From IMG/VR virus record IMGVR_UViG_3300045988_116769: 22,346 bases of DNA; one strand, given 5' to 3'. Each line of letters opens with the position of its first letter. Within the stretch, counting starts at the first letter, position 1. Shown piece after piece: positions 1 to 8,824 of this stretch. Both the position numbers and the translations under genes were made by a program. Under the pieces are notes generated by a model. It ran no database searches and was not told the DNA's origin. It saw nothing but the letters and a program-made list of their open reading frames with translations. Source of the DNA: a virus. Its lineage: Duplodnaviria; Heunggongvirae; Uroviricota; Caudoviricetes.

Positions 1-919
1 CTCCGTTGCATTTTAGCCAGCCTGTTGGCGGAGTGGCTGAGGGCCACGGAACAGGCACACCAACGGGTAATGCCGAACCTTCTCCCAAACCAAGGTATGC
101 GAGAAGACCGGCAACATCCTTCCCACTCAAATGAGTCAGCGTCTCATCCAGTGGCTGCTTACCTGACAGCGCATTGTTAATGGTGGTGCTGAATTTCGGG
201 TCATTGTTAATGGCTGCGGCAATTTCTTTCAGTGTATCCAGCGTGGCAGGCGCACCGTTAATCAGAGCGGTGATAGCGGCCTGTACAAACGCAGTGGTCG
301 CAATCCGCGTGGTGTTATTTCCTGCGGCAGGCGTCGGCGCTTTTGGTTCTCCGGTAAATGTCGGATTATGTTTCTGTGCATACTGGGTATGAGGATCCTG
401 TGCGGCAATGTGGTTTCTCATCTGGTCATCCACATACAGCTTTAATTCCAGGACTTCATCATCCACGTATTTACGGGTCGCCAGTACCACCGACGGGTCG
501 ATTTTCAGCGTGATGGCTTCGGTATTCGTGACAACCAGAATCATGCGGATAGTCTGGGTACGACCGCTGCCTTCCTGCAACTGCGGTTTGTACGTTTCCG
601 GGCAGTTCGCCACCGCAATGAGTACGCCTTCATCATCATAAAGCCCAATCTCACGGATCCAGAATCCGCCCTCGTTCTCAGGGATGATTTGCTCCGCAAT
701 AATCTGGCTCTGGTTGTTCGGGTCAACACTCAGAAGATTCAGCGGCGCGATGCGTTTCTGGTTAATCAGTTTTGTCTGTGCCGGGTCTGGTGTCGGCAAG
801 ACACCATTCGCATCACCAACGGCCATTTGCGTCAGATTCAGCTTACTGCCGAGCATCGTCGCGTTAGCCAGCCGTGCTGCGCCCTGATTAGTCAGAATGG
901 CGTAGTATTTCACTGTCAT
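1..919 (-). CDS. H: Tail fibre protein H, N-terminal part only (gene runs off the window start; about 306 codons visible)
   Basis: Hand translation of the minus strand from ATG at 919-917 gives MTVKYYAILTNQGAARLANATMLGSKLNLTQMAVGDANG..., open to position 1, resembling the conserved N-terminal domain of P2 gpH. Start overlaps the stop of I (ATGA). Absent from the ORF track because it is incomplete. Confidence 0.8.
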   Translation of the reverse strand, partial: MTVKYYAILTNQGAARLANATMLGSKLNLTQMAVGDANGVLPTPDPAQTKLINQKRIAPLNLLSVDPNNQSQIIAEQIIPENEGGFWIREIGLYDDEGVLIAVANCPETYKPQLQEGSGRTQTIRMILVVTNTEAITLKIDPSVVLATRKYVDDEVLELKLYVDDQMRNHIAAQDPHTQYAQKHNPTFTGEPKAPTPAAGNNTTRIATTAFVQAAITALINGAPATLDTLKEIAAAINNDPKFSTTINNALSGKQPLDETLTHLSGKDVAGLLAYLGLGEGSALPVGVPVPWPSATPPTGWLKCNG

Positions 920-1527
920 GCGTTTACTCTCAGGTTATCAATTAAATGAATGGCCGAGGCCGGGAAATAATCCCCTCCGACAATAATGGCCTCCGGGGTG
1001 TAGGGATAAACCGTCAGGGCGTCACCGTGATAGCATCCCGCACCGGCAAAAATGTTGCCGGTTGTACTTAAACTGATAGCCAGTCCCGTCAGATGGCGGC
1101 TTGCCGGTTTTGCATCAGCAACGAGGCGCTCCAGCTCCTGATACATTTCCTCGGTAATACCCTGCTCAAGCACGCCGACAACGATACGGAACGTCCCCGG
1201 CTCCTCGTTGAGCTGCCACCACTCCCTCACCTCAATCAGATAGCCGAGTGGCTCCACCACACGGCGAATCGCACCAATAGTGCCCTTATGGCAGTGAATG
1301 AAATACGCATCGCGGATAACAGCGCGTTTTGTCGCTTCCGGCCACTTATCATCCCAGCGGTCAACCGAAAATGACCACGCCAGCCACGGCAGCAGATTTG
1401 CCGGACAGGTATCCGGGTTCCACAGCTCACGAATACTGACCGGCGTTTTTTCAATTTCCGCACAGGCTTTTGCGGCGGCGACTTCAAGCGGTGATGAGCC
1501 GGTCGGCAGCAGGCGCGAATCACTCAT
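916..1527 (-). CDS. I: Baseplate assembly protein I
   Basis: 203-aa ORF starting MSDSRLLPTGSSPLEVAAAKACAEIEKTPVSIRELWNPD, matching P2 gpI from memory; sits between J and H as in P2. ORF is longer than the 176 aa I recall for P2. Confidence 0.8.
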   Translation of the reverse strand: MSDSRLLPTGSSPLEVAAAKACAEIEKTPVSIRELWNPDTCPANLLPWLAWSFSVDRWDDKWPEATKRAVIRDAYFIHCHKGTIGAIRRVVEPLGYLIEVREWWQLNEEPGTFRIVVGVLEQGITEEMYQELERLVADAKPASRHLTGLAISLSTTGNIFAGAGCYHGDALTVYPYTPEAIIVGGDYFPASAIHLIDNLRVNA

Positions 1528-2428
1528 CCGAGCCTCCGGTCACGACGCTGTATTCGGTGCAGAAAGACGCCTGCGTACTGTTGAGCACAATGTCGGCCAG
1601 TGGTGCGGCCAGCTCGACACGCTGCACGCCTTCCACATGCAAAGCGGCATAAATGGCAGACAGACGGATGTCACGCCCCAGCCGGTGCTGTGCCGTGATA
1701 TACGCTTCCAGTTTTTTCACGGCGGCGGCGCGGATGGGTTCGCTTTCGGGACCAGGGTAAAGGTAAAGCGTGGCGTTTATCTGGTATTCAACAATGGCGG
1801 CAGACTGCACGGTCACGCGGTCGGCCACCGGCCTGACGTCCTCGCCATTAAGGGCGTTACGCACCACCGCCAGCAGGTCTTCGGATGCCACACCGTTATT
1901 TTCACGTGACAGCACGGAGATGGTGACGCAGGCCGGAGACGGACTGGTGACAGAGATATCTGCGACACGCCCGTCGGCACTGCGACCATGATACTGATAG
2001 GCACCCACCGACCCGGCGACGCTTAAGCCCTCAAACGCCTGCTGAATACGCAGACGATAATCGGTATCAGATTCCATCACTGCCGGTGTCGGCGGGAGGG
2101 TCGAATCATCTGCCGGGGTGATAATCAGGCGCGTGGTGTTGTAATTGGCACCAATCACATCAAGGTCATTACCGGCGGCACAGGCCAGCATTACCGCCCG
2201 TGCGGCCTCATTCACACGCTGACGCCAGATAAGCTCACGATAAGCATTTTCCTCCAGCAGTTTGACGAGAGGTTCGGATTCCAGCGTCAGGGTACGGGCG
2301 ACCGCCTCCTGCTGGTCTTCCGGGTAAAGGGAAATCAGTGTCGCCTTGCGTTCGGCAAGAATGGTTTCAAAGTCCAGCTCCTCGACCACATCCGGTGCGG
2401 GTAGCTGGTTCAGGTCGATAATCGGCAT
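1520..2428 (-). CDS. J: Baseplate assembly protein J
   Basis: 302-aa ORF, same length as P2 gpJ; starts MPIIDLNQLPAPDVVEELDFETILAERKA; overlaps I by 8 nt. Confidence 0.85.
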   Translation of the reverse strand: MPIIDLNQLPAPDVVEELDFETILAERKATLISLYPEDQQEAVARTLTLESEPLVKLLEENAYRELIWRQRVNEAARAVMLACAAGNDLDVIGANYNTTRLIITPADDSTLPPTPAVMESDTDYRLRIQQAFEGLSVAGSVGAYQYHGRSADGRVADISVTSPSPACVTISVLSRENNGVASEDLLAVVRNALNGEDVRPVADRVTVQSAAIVEYQINATLYLYPGPESEPIRAAAVKKLEAYITAQHRLGRDIRLSAIYAALHVEGVQRVELAAPLADIVLNSTQASFCTEYSVVTGGSDE

Positions 2429-2432
2429 GGTT

Positions 2433-2780
2433 TCAACTCACAGGGATGGTTAACGAAAGTGGCTGGCCGGTGTCGTTGTGCTGACCGGTTAACGTGACCG
2501 TCATTCGCCCGTCAAAACTGCGCGCCGTGGTGACGGATGACAGGGTGACGCGGGGTTCCCATTTCAGCACTGCCATGTAACAGGCGACCTTAATCTGCAA
2601 CTCAAGCGCCGGAGTCTGCGGCTGGTCAATCATTGACGCCAGCAACGAGCCGTAATCACGACGCATCACCCGTGAGCCGACCGGTGTGCGCAGGATATCG
2701 CCGATACTCTGGCTGATATGCTCAAGGTCAGTGACCGTCAGGCCATCACTGCGATTCATTCCGAGATAACGCGCTGTCAT
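2433..2780 (-). CDS. W: Baseplate wedge protein W (gp25/GPW family)
   Basis: 115-aa ORF, same length and position as P2 gpW, immediately upstream of J. Confidence 0.8.
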   Translation of the reverse strand: MTARYLGMNRSDGLTVTDLEHISQSIGDILRTPVGSRVMRRDYGSLLASMIDQPQTPALELQIKVACYMAVLKWEPRVTLSSVTTARSFDGRMTVTLTGQHNDTGQPLSLTIPVS

Positions 2781-3412
2781 AAAGGACTCCCGGTTGTGCC
2801 GCCGCTGTCGCCGGGGTGTTTGTGGGTATGCAGTACCTTACCGTTTGATGAGAGTTCACCGCCGGTGTGTTCAATGTTGCCGCGCATCGTCCCGCCCTTC
2901 TGCACTTCCAGCGTGCCGGTAGTCAGTTTGTTAGTGCAGACCACTTCCGGTGTGTCCAGGGTGACACGGGTTGACGCTTTCACCGTGACCACCGGTACCG
3001 TGGCAGTAACAGAATCAGAAGCCGTCACGCTGGCCGTTTTAATTCCGCTTACCGTGAGTGCACTGGTTTCGGGTTCATACTCAATCACCGCCCCGTCAGG
3101 GAAACGGATATGCAGGGCATCCGCCGACGCAGACGGCGCGGGGTTATCGCCGGAATAAATCCCCGGCAGAACAAACGCCGTGTCAAGTTCACCGCCCACG
3201 GCCAGAATCAGCACCTGCTCCCCCACGGAAGGTGCCCACCATGTGCGCGAACGCCCGGCACGACAGGTCAGCCACTGAAGCCAGTCGGTGCACATGCCGC
3301 CGGTCTGCACACGGCAGCGACCGGCGTTAAGGTCGGTTTCGACGATAATGCCGGTGCGAATCATGTTGCGCAGTGCGCGCGCGAGTTCCTGAATATTTGC
3401 GAGAGTGTTCAT
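2777..3412 (-). CDS. V: Baseplate spike protein V
   Basis: 211-aa ORF, same length as P2 gpV; 4-nt overlap with W; first gene of the V-W-J-I-H operon. Confidence 0.8.
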   Translation of the reverse strand: MNTLANIQELARALRNMIRTGIIVETDLNAGRCRVQTGGMCTDWLQWLTCRAGRSRTWWAPSVGEQVLILAVGGELDTAFVLPGIYSGDNPAPSASADALHIRFPDGAVIEYEPETSALTVSGIKTASVTASDSVTATVPVVTVKASTRVTLDTPEVVCTNKLTTGTLEVQKGGTMRGNIEHTGGELSSNGKVLHTHKHPGDSGGTTGSPL

Positions 3413-3478
3413 AACGGGAAGGATGCCGCCGGGTCATACCGGCGGCAATGTGACGATGAGGTGTCGGGGATGGCACAA
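3413..3478 (-). promoter_or_regulatory. S-V intergenic region; probable late promoter for the V operon; contains an 8-bp-stem hairpin at 3425-3446
   Basis: P2 has an Ogr-dependent late promoter upstream of V. The sequence shows inverted repeat GCCGCCGG-gtcata-CCGGCGGC. No exact TGT-N12-ACA activator site found, so the call is positional. Confidence 0.35.
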
Positions 3479-3931
3479 CTAACGGTCGAGGTGCGCCAGA
3501 ATAATCTCTTCAATCATCTGCACATCCTCACCGGTAAAGCCGAGCAGAGGACGCGCCGGATAATCAATTTTCTTACCGTCTTTCCGGGTTTCTTCCGACA
3601 GACCGAACTGATGCACGCTGGCGATTTTCGGTGACTTCCCGCCGTAAAACTCCATTGATGCCTGTTCCGGGCTGGCGCGGATATGCAAAAAACGACTGGT
3701 GATAAGTTTCGCAAACATTTTTCGCTTAACACGACCAGTCTTTTTTCTGGCGCTCTGCTGCTGGCGTGGCGCGTAGGGTGTGCCGTCCGGGGCTTTCTGA
3801 GCCATCACCCGACGCTGCTGACTCTGCCGCAGACGTTTCGCCAGTTCGGCGCTCAGTCGCCGACGCCCTGACGGTGACAGCGATTCAATCAGTCCGGTCA
3901 GCCGGTCTTCAAAACGCTTAAACTCATTCAT
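3479..3931 (-). CDS. S: Tail completion protein S
   Basis: 150-aa ORF, same length and position as P2 gpS; overlaps R by 8 nt. Confidence 0.8.
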   Translation of the reverse strand: MNEFKRFEDRLTGLIESLSPSGRRRLSAELAKRLRQSQQRRVMAQKAPDGTPYAPRQQQSARKKTGRVKRKMFAKLITSRFLHIRASPEQASMEFYGGKSPKIASVHQFGLSEETRKDGKKIDYPARPLLGFTGEDVQMIEEIILAHLDR

Positions 3932-4391
3932 CCCACTTGCTCACCAGTTCGCCATTGATATAAAGCTCCACCGGGCGGGTGACCGGCTCCGGCGGCGTGG
4001 GTTCCGGGATATTCTTCACATGCAGTGCGCCGTCCACCTCACTGACCAGCGTGCGCTCGGTCAGCATCAGGCTGATGCTGATATCAAAGCTGCTGTCATT
4101 GTTGATGTCTGCATAAAACGTGAAGCCCTTTTTCTGGCCTTCGTCAGTGGTCATGATGTCGGGCTGATTTTCCCGCAGCCACGCCAGCACCGGCACGATG
4201 AGCAGGTCAAAATCACCGGTAAAGTCGGTCACAATCACATTGAGCGTGTAACGCTTTTCGAATGACAGCGACGTCGCCAGTGTGGAGGCAATACTCCCGT
4301 TATCCATGAATATCCGCAGCATCTCGGGGCTGGTTTTCAGCACCGTGACGGCATCAGTCAGTGCCCTGCGCAGGCTGTCGGGTTTGAGCAT
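3924..4391 (-). CDS. R: Tail completion protein R
   Basis: 155-aa ORF, same length and position as P2 gpR. Confidence 0.8.
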   Translation of the reverse strand: MLKPDSLRRALTDAVTVLKTSPEMLRIFMDNGSIASTLATSLSFEKRYTLNVIVTDFTGDFDLLIVPVLAWLRENQPDIMTTDEGQKKGFTFYADINNDSSFDISISLMLTERTLVSEVDGALHVKNIPEPTPPEPVTRPVELYINGELVSKWDE

Positions 4392-4644
4392 CGTTTTCGT
4401 CCTGACAGTGTTTAATCATTTTTACCTGGCTGGCACAACGTGCCAGCGCGTTCTCAAGCTGCCGGATATCGGCACTTAAATCGCCGTTCGTCTGCGGGTC
4501 ACTGCCCGGCATCGGGCAAAGACTCACTTTCGGGCAGGAGTTGTGGACAATCACTGGCGTCGGCGCAGGCCGGGCGCTGGTGCAACCGGCGCACAGCATC
4601 AGGCAGATCAGCACCGTACCAGCGGCGAAAATCTTCGTTTTCAT
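4354..4644 (-). CDS. lysC: LysC, Rz1-like outer-membrane lipoprotein (o-spanin), overlapping lysB and R in another frame
   Basis: 96-aa ORF starting MKTKIFAAGTVLICLMLCAGCTSARP: signal peptide plus lipobox-like LCAGC, then a Pro-rich stretch. Overlaps the 3' end of lysB as P2 lysC does. Confidence 0.65.
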   Translation of the reverse strand: MKTKIFAAGTVLICLMLCAGCTSARPAPTPVIVHNSCPKVSLCPMPGSDPQTNGDLSADIRQLENALARCASQVKMIKHCQDENDAQTRQPAQGTD

Positions 4645-4924
4645 TCAGTAACCTCGTGATGGTTTTCTCGCGCTGTGCTTCACGCTTCGCGGCGTTCTCC
4701 AGTTCCTGACGCAGTGCCACCTGCGCCAGCTCGTTTTTGTCTGCCCTGGTGAGGGCAACATGAAGCTGATTTTTCAGCATGGTGATGGTCGTCTGCTGTT
4801 CACTGGCGACGTTGTTCACCCTGTCCAGCGAGGCGCGCAGGCTGGCGTTTTCATGCTTCGCCAGAAACAGCCCCACCACCGCCAGCGATAACAACACAAC
4901 CATCACAATCATCAGCTTTGACAT
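4499..4924 (-). CDS. lysB: LysB, Rz-like inner-membrane spanin
   Basis: 141-aa ORF with N-terminal transmembrane segment (MSKLMIVMVVLLSLAVVGLFLA) and coiled-coil-like remainder; same length as P2 LysB. Confidence 0.7.
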   Translation of the reverse strand: MSKLMIVMVVLLSLAVVGLFLAKHENASLRASLDRVNNVASEQQTTITMLKNQLHVALTRADKNELAQVALRQELENAAKREAQREKTITRLLNENEDFRRWYGADLPDAVRRLHQRPACADASDCPQLLPESESLPDAGQ

Positions 4925-5337
4925 GGTTGCCGCTCCTCAAAACGCTGACGGCAGGCCGTACGTATCAGCCGGAAAAACAGCGATGCCACGAGATAAATCA
5001 GTGCGGTAAAAATCCACCCGGCAGCGACCAGCGAGATAAACGTCGCCACCATCACCACCAGAGCCGCCGCCCGTCTGCGCCACGGCACCGGCTGCAAAAA
5101 CAGCGACGTGACAATCTTCACGGCCAGCGATTCCGGCGGCAGCTCCCGCCCGTAGCGTTCCAGCACATACTCCGTGGCATACACGCCGACACCACCGGCA
5201 ACCACACAGATAACCGTCGCCAGAATCGCCCAGGCAGCGACAAAACTGACGGCCACGCTCTGCGGGTAAATCAGGGACAGTGCCAGCATCAGCGCCAGCG
5301 ACACGTTCAGCATCAGTGAAAGGGATAATTTCTTCAT
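4912..5337 (-). CDS. lysA: LysA, membrane protein of the lysis cassette (lysis timing)
   Basis: 141-aa ORF with several hydrophobic segments; same length and position as P2 LysA, between K and lysB. Confidence 0.65.
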   Translation of the reverse strand: MKKLSLSLMLNVSLALMLALSLIYPQSVAVSFVAAWAILATVICVVAGGVGVYATEYVLERYGRELPPESLAVKIVTSLFLQPVPWRRRAAALVVMVATFISLVAAGWIFTALIYLVASLFFRLIRTACRQRFEERQPCQS

Positions 5338-5351
5338 GGTGTTTACTCCGT

Positions 5352-5849
5352 TTAAGCCGGTACGCCGCCAGCGGTACGCCAGACGGTGACCAGTTTTTCC
5401 AGTGAATGCTCACGCTGACCGTAACCGGCACCCGGCAGGGACGCCCAGATATTGCGACAGCGTGAAATGGCGCGCTCAATGCGTCCCGCCCGGATGTCAT
5501 CCAGTGCACCGCATTCGCGGATCAACTGAATGGCGAGCCTGTCCTGTGACAACGGACTGAAATCCGGCAGGGCAAGCTGTTTGCGGTAATGCGGCCAGAA
5601 CAGGTAAAGCTGCTGATAGCGACCGGAGGCCGTGGATTTTTCACCGCGACGGTTAAACACCTTCGCTGGTCGGCCATGCGCGAACGGGTGGTCGCTGTAG
5701 TCGGTGAAAATTTCCGGCTTCCCGTCCAGTCCGGTGACTATCACGTCATAGCCCCGGTTTTTCGTCAGCGTATGATTCGCCGTCCCTTCGGACACGGCCA
5801 GCATGTCGAGAAAGGCGGCGATATTCTGATGCGTGTTAATTACCGGCAT
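5352..5849 (-). CDS. K: Endolysin K (phage lysozyme)
   Basis: 165-aa ORF starting MPVINTHQNIAAFLDMLAVSEGTANH, close to P2 gpK as I recall it. Confidence 0.9.
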   Translation of the reverse strand: MPVINTHQNIAAFLDMLAVSEGTANHTLTKNRGYDVIVTGLDGKPEIFTDYSDHPFAHGRPAKVFNRRGEKSTASGRYQQLYLFWPHYRKQLALPDFSPLSQDRLAIQLIRECGALDDIRAGRIERAISRCRNIWASLPGAGYGQREHSLEKLVTVWRTAGGVPA

Positions 5850-6130
5850 TACGGTTTCCCCCTGCCCTTAAAACGGCGCTGAATGGCAATCTCAATCACC
5901 TGATAACCGGCGATACCCAGCATGGAGCCGATACCGCACACCGCAGGCAGTGACAGGTCAGGAAACTGCACCAGAACAACACCGGCAACCATCGAGACAA
6001 AACCACCGAGCAACATGCGCCCGATAAACAGACGCGGGGTGATGGGTTCACCACCGGCAAGCACCTTGCCGACAACAATCAGCACCCCAATCATGAAAAG
6101 CGACAGGACGCTTTTTTCTTCTGCTGTCAT
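5849..6130 (-). CDS. Y: Holin Y
   Basis: 93-aa ORF with hydrophobic transmembrane segments and a charged C-terminal tail (RRFKGRGKP); same length as P2 gpY; start overlaps the K stop. Confidence 0.8.
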   Translation of the reverse strand: MTAEEKSVLSLFMIGVLIVVGKVLAGGEPITPRLFIGRMLLGGFVSMVAGVVLVQFPDLSLPAVCGIGSMLGIAGYQVIEIAIQRRFKGRGKP

Positions 6131-6133
6131 GCG

Positions 6134-6337
6134 TTACTCCCACAGATTGACAGTTTCAGCTACGGGCGCGGTCTGAACGTCGGGCAGTTCGACGGCGGTG
6201 CCGTGTGGCAGCATCGCGCCCAGTTCAGCCAGTCCCGGATTTGCGGCGAGCACGGTCTCAACCACGCCCTCAGTGCGCCCGTAATACCGGACACAAATGG
6301 CGTCGAGCGTGTCGCCCTGTAGCGCAAAGGTCTTCAT
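6134..6337 (-). CDS. X: Tail protein X (LysM-like domain)
   Basis: Internal start MKTFALQGDTLDAICVRYYG chosen, giving 67 aa as in P2 gpX; its ATG (6337-6335) overlaps the L stop by 1 nt. The track ORF 6134-6406 has a 23-codon upstream extension. Confidence 0.7.
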   Translation of the reverse strand: MKTFALQGDTLDAICVRYYGRTEGVVETVLAANPGLAELGAMLPHGTAVELPDVQTAPVAETVNLWE

Positions 6338-6846
6338 CAGATTTGACTCACGATGCAGCGCGGCTTGTCCTGGATACGCGCCACCGCCCAGCGCATATCC
6401 CGCCACAGCTCATCAATGGTGCTGTCAATGCTGTCGGCCTTCTTGTCGCCTTTCGCACTGGCATCCACGCCGCGGTAACGCTCATAAAGCGACGCGGTCG
6501 CCATCGCACACACGGCGCGCTCGTAGTAAAAAACTTTGATGCTTTCACCGTCGATGTCGTCCGCCGGAACGTCCGCCAGACGCGTAAAACCGGCGGCAAT
6601 TTTCTGTTCGCGGTACTCGTACAGCTCCGCATTCGTCTCCGCCATGCCTGACTTGATGGCCTCACGCAGACGGGCGGGGGCGACGGTCTGCTCAAGGCGC
6701 ATACGTTCCCGGACGCGCTTCGGGTCGATATCGGGAAAAAAGAACGTGTTTTTAATCACCGGCTCGTCGCCTGCCGGTTGCGGGATGACCACCGTACCCT
6801 CACCGGACACGGGAGCCTCCTTTCGCGGAATAATCAGCGTCATCAT
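6337..6846 (-). CDS. L: Head completion / stabilisation protein L
   Basis: Start MMTLIIPRKEAPVSGEG at 6846 gives 169 aa as in P2 gpL; the track ORF (189 aa) has a 20-codon upstream extension. Confidence 0.8.
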   Translation of the reverse strand: MMTLIIPRKEAPVSGEGTVVIPQPAGDEPVIKNTFFFPDIDPKRVRERMRLEQTVAPARLREAIKSGMAETNAELYEYREQKIAAGFTRLADVPADDIDGESIKVFYYERAVCAMATASLYERYRGVDASAKGDKKADSIDSTIDELWRDMRWAVARIQDKPRCIVSQI

Positions 6847-6945
6847 GACTACCTCTGAAAAGTCGGGCGGTGGACGCCGGTACAGCGTCAGGTGATTCAC
6901 CCTCACAGACCGGCGTGCCGCCCTGGCGCGGGGCGCATTCGGTTG

Positions 6946-7689
6946 TTAACTGGCTTTCTTTTTCGGGCGTCCACGTTTTGCCGGTGTCACGCTCCGGGTC
7001 TTACGCGGGGTACGGGTGGCCGCTTTGGGCTGCGGCTCCGGCTTCGGTTTCAGCTCCCGCTCCAGTCGTTCAATCTCTTTTTTGACGCCTGCCTGACAGT
7101 CGAGCTGTGTCGCACGTTGCAGGTGAGCCAGCGCACCGGCGGCATCACCACCGTCACGCAGAAACAGACCGGTGATTTTGTGCAGCTTTGCGCGCACTTC
7201 ATCAGGCATGTCAGCCGTGGCGGTAAGTTCAAGTGTGTCCGTCAGCAGGCGGGGATCCACAGACTCACCGGCAGCGTGAGCGCGCATGGCCGCAAGCGCC
7301 ACCTCCTCGGTGAACATGTACGGCGGGGTGCGGCGGTGTTTACCCGGCATGGTCAGACCGTACTTCAGGGCATAACGGGCAATCTCCAGCGCACCGGCAA
7401 TATCGCCGGTATCCAGACGCCACAGCATGACCGTCATCAGAATGTCATCCTGTGCACCTTTGCCCTGCTCCAGCACGCCGTTCACCCACGGCAACCAGAA
7501 CGGCAGCAGTTCGCGTTTTTTCGCGGCCTTAAGCTCTTTTGAATAAATCGCTTTCAGTGTGCGCTGATCTGCGGCGAGCTTAACCAGCATCTGCTCATAG
7601 ACAGTTGCATGTCGCAGCGGGGCGGCTTCCCGCTGCGCGGTCATCGCTGCCGAGACCCGCATCATGTGGCGCTGTGCGGGACTCGTCAT
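6946..7689 (-). CDS. M: Terminase subunit M (small / endonuclease subunit)
   Basis: 247-aa ORF, same length as P2 gpM; basic Lys/Arg/Pro-rich C-terminal tail; sits between N and L. Confidence 0.85.
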   Translation of the reverse strand: MTSPAQRHMMRVSAAMTAQREAAPLRHATVYEQMLVKLAADQRTLKAIYSKELKAAKKRELLPFWLPWVNGVLEQGKGAQDDILMTVMLWRLDTGDIAGALEIARYALKYGLTMPGKHRRTPPYMFTEEVALAAMRAHAAGESVDPRLLTDTLELTATADMPDEVRAKLHKITGLFLRDGGDAAGALAHLQRATQLDCQAGVKKEIERLERELKPKPEPQPKAATRTPRKTRSVTPAKRGRPKKKAS

Positions 7690-7692
7690 CGG

Positions 7693-8766
7693 TTACGCTC
7701 CCGGCTCTGCGGTCGCCTTAGCCGGTGTGGAGAAATCACCGACCTTAATTTTTTCCACCAGACAACCGGCGGCGTAGTCTTCCACCACGTAATCAATGTT
7801 CATTGACTCGTAGTTCTCCACGCGGTCGAGTTTCGGGTTTTCCACAATCACGCGGCGATGGCTGTCATCCATGTAGTAGATGGACAGGTTTTCCAGCTTC
7901 GTGATGAGCATCGCATCCGCCGGGAAGTACGGGACGCGTACCGCCGGCAGGTTACCGATGCGTTTCTGGCTGATGATGACGTCAGCGGCCAGCATTTCGC
8001 TGTTGTCCTGCTCCTTGTTGACGATGGGGAAATATTTGTCCGCCAGCAGCTGACGCCCCACAATCACCACAAGGTCAGGGTCTTCCTGATACCACGGCTC
8101 AATCAGGTTGTTGGTCGCATCCATCACCAGTGCATCGAGGCTGGCATAATCACCGCCCTTACCCACGCGGATGACCTCAGAGGTGGTGTGCCCTTCCTCG
8201 TCAGTGACCTTGCTCATCACGCGCGCCGGTGCTTCATTGCGGTATTTCTGCAGCCAGCCGACCGCCACATCCTGCAGCATCGGATTGCTGCTGCGGTCAG
8301 AGGTTTCGGCACGCTTCACGCCGTTAAAACCGGCCATGATGAAATCAAGGGACTGGCGTTTGATAATGGCGTTACGGATACGGAGCTGGAAATCCTGATA
8401 ACGCGCCCACAGGTCCAGCGTTTTGTAGCGGATATAAAAATCGAAGTTAATCTGGTCGCATTCGTACTTGTTAGACGCCAGCTTCGAGAAGTCCTTCGGC
8501 TGACGCTCGGTGCCACCGGCGGTGTCGGTGGTGCTGGCGATGGAGCCGGTGACACCGATGCCAATTTTTTCCCCTTTCATTTCGCTGACCGGCACAATGT
8601 TGATGCGGGTCAGAAAGTCAGAGGACTCCTGCATGGTGTTCATCAGGGTCTGGGTGACCGACGGTTCAACGGTGAATTTTTTCGACACATCACCGGCGTC
8701 GATGCCGTTCAGTTCGGCAACACGGGACAGGTAAGCATTAAATTTAAAGCGGGTTTCCTGGCGCAT
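7693..8766 (-). CDS. N: Major capsid protein N
   Basis: 357-aa ORF, same length as P2 gpN; starts MRQETRFKFNAYLSRVAELNG; sits between O and M. Confidence 0.9.
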   Translation of the reverse strand: MRQETRFKFNAYLSRVAELNGIDAGDVSKKFTVEPSVTQTLMNTMQESSDFLTRINIVPVSEMKGEKIGIGVTGSIASTTDTAGGTERQPKDFSKLASNKYECDQINFDFYIRYKTLDLWARYQDFQLRIRNAIIKRQSLDFIMAGFNGVKRAETSDRSSNPMLQDVAVGWLQKYRNEAPARVMSKVTDEEGHTTSEVIRVGKGGDYASLDALVMDATNNLIEPWYQEDPDLVVIVGRQLLADKYFPIVNKEQDNSEMLAADVIISQKRIGNLPAVRVPYFPADAMLITKLENLSIYYMDDSHRRVIVENPKLDRVENYESMNIDYVVEDYAAGCLVEKIKVGDFSTPAKATAEPGA

Positions 8767-8824
8767 AGTTTTTCCTGAAATTAAGGGTTAATCGTGAAGG
8801 TTTTCCCGGACTGACTGACGCCGG

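Noticed and set aside
1298-1909. 203-aa plus-strand ORF (and a similar one at 1093-1374)
   Set aside because: Antisense to baseplate genes I and J in GC-rich DNA; it is a shadow ORF with no independent signal.
3058-3634. Arg-rich plus-strand ORFs (90 and 174 aa)
   Set aside because: Antisense to V and S; their composition is typical of reverse-frame translation of GC-rich coding DNA.
7858-8778. 306-aa plus-strand ORF
   Set aside because: Lies entirely antisense to major capsid gene N; the capsid reading frame matches P2 gpN in length and position, so this is a frame shadow.
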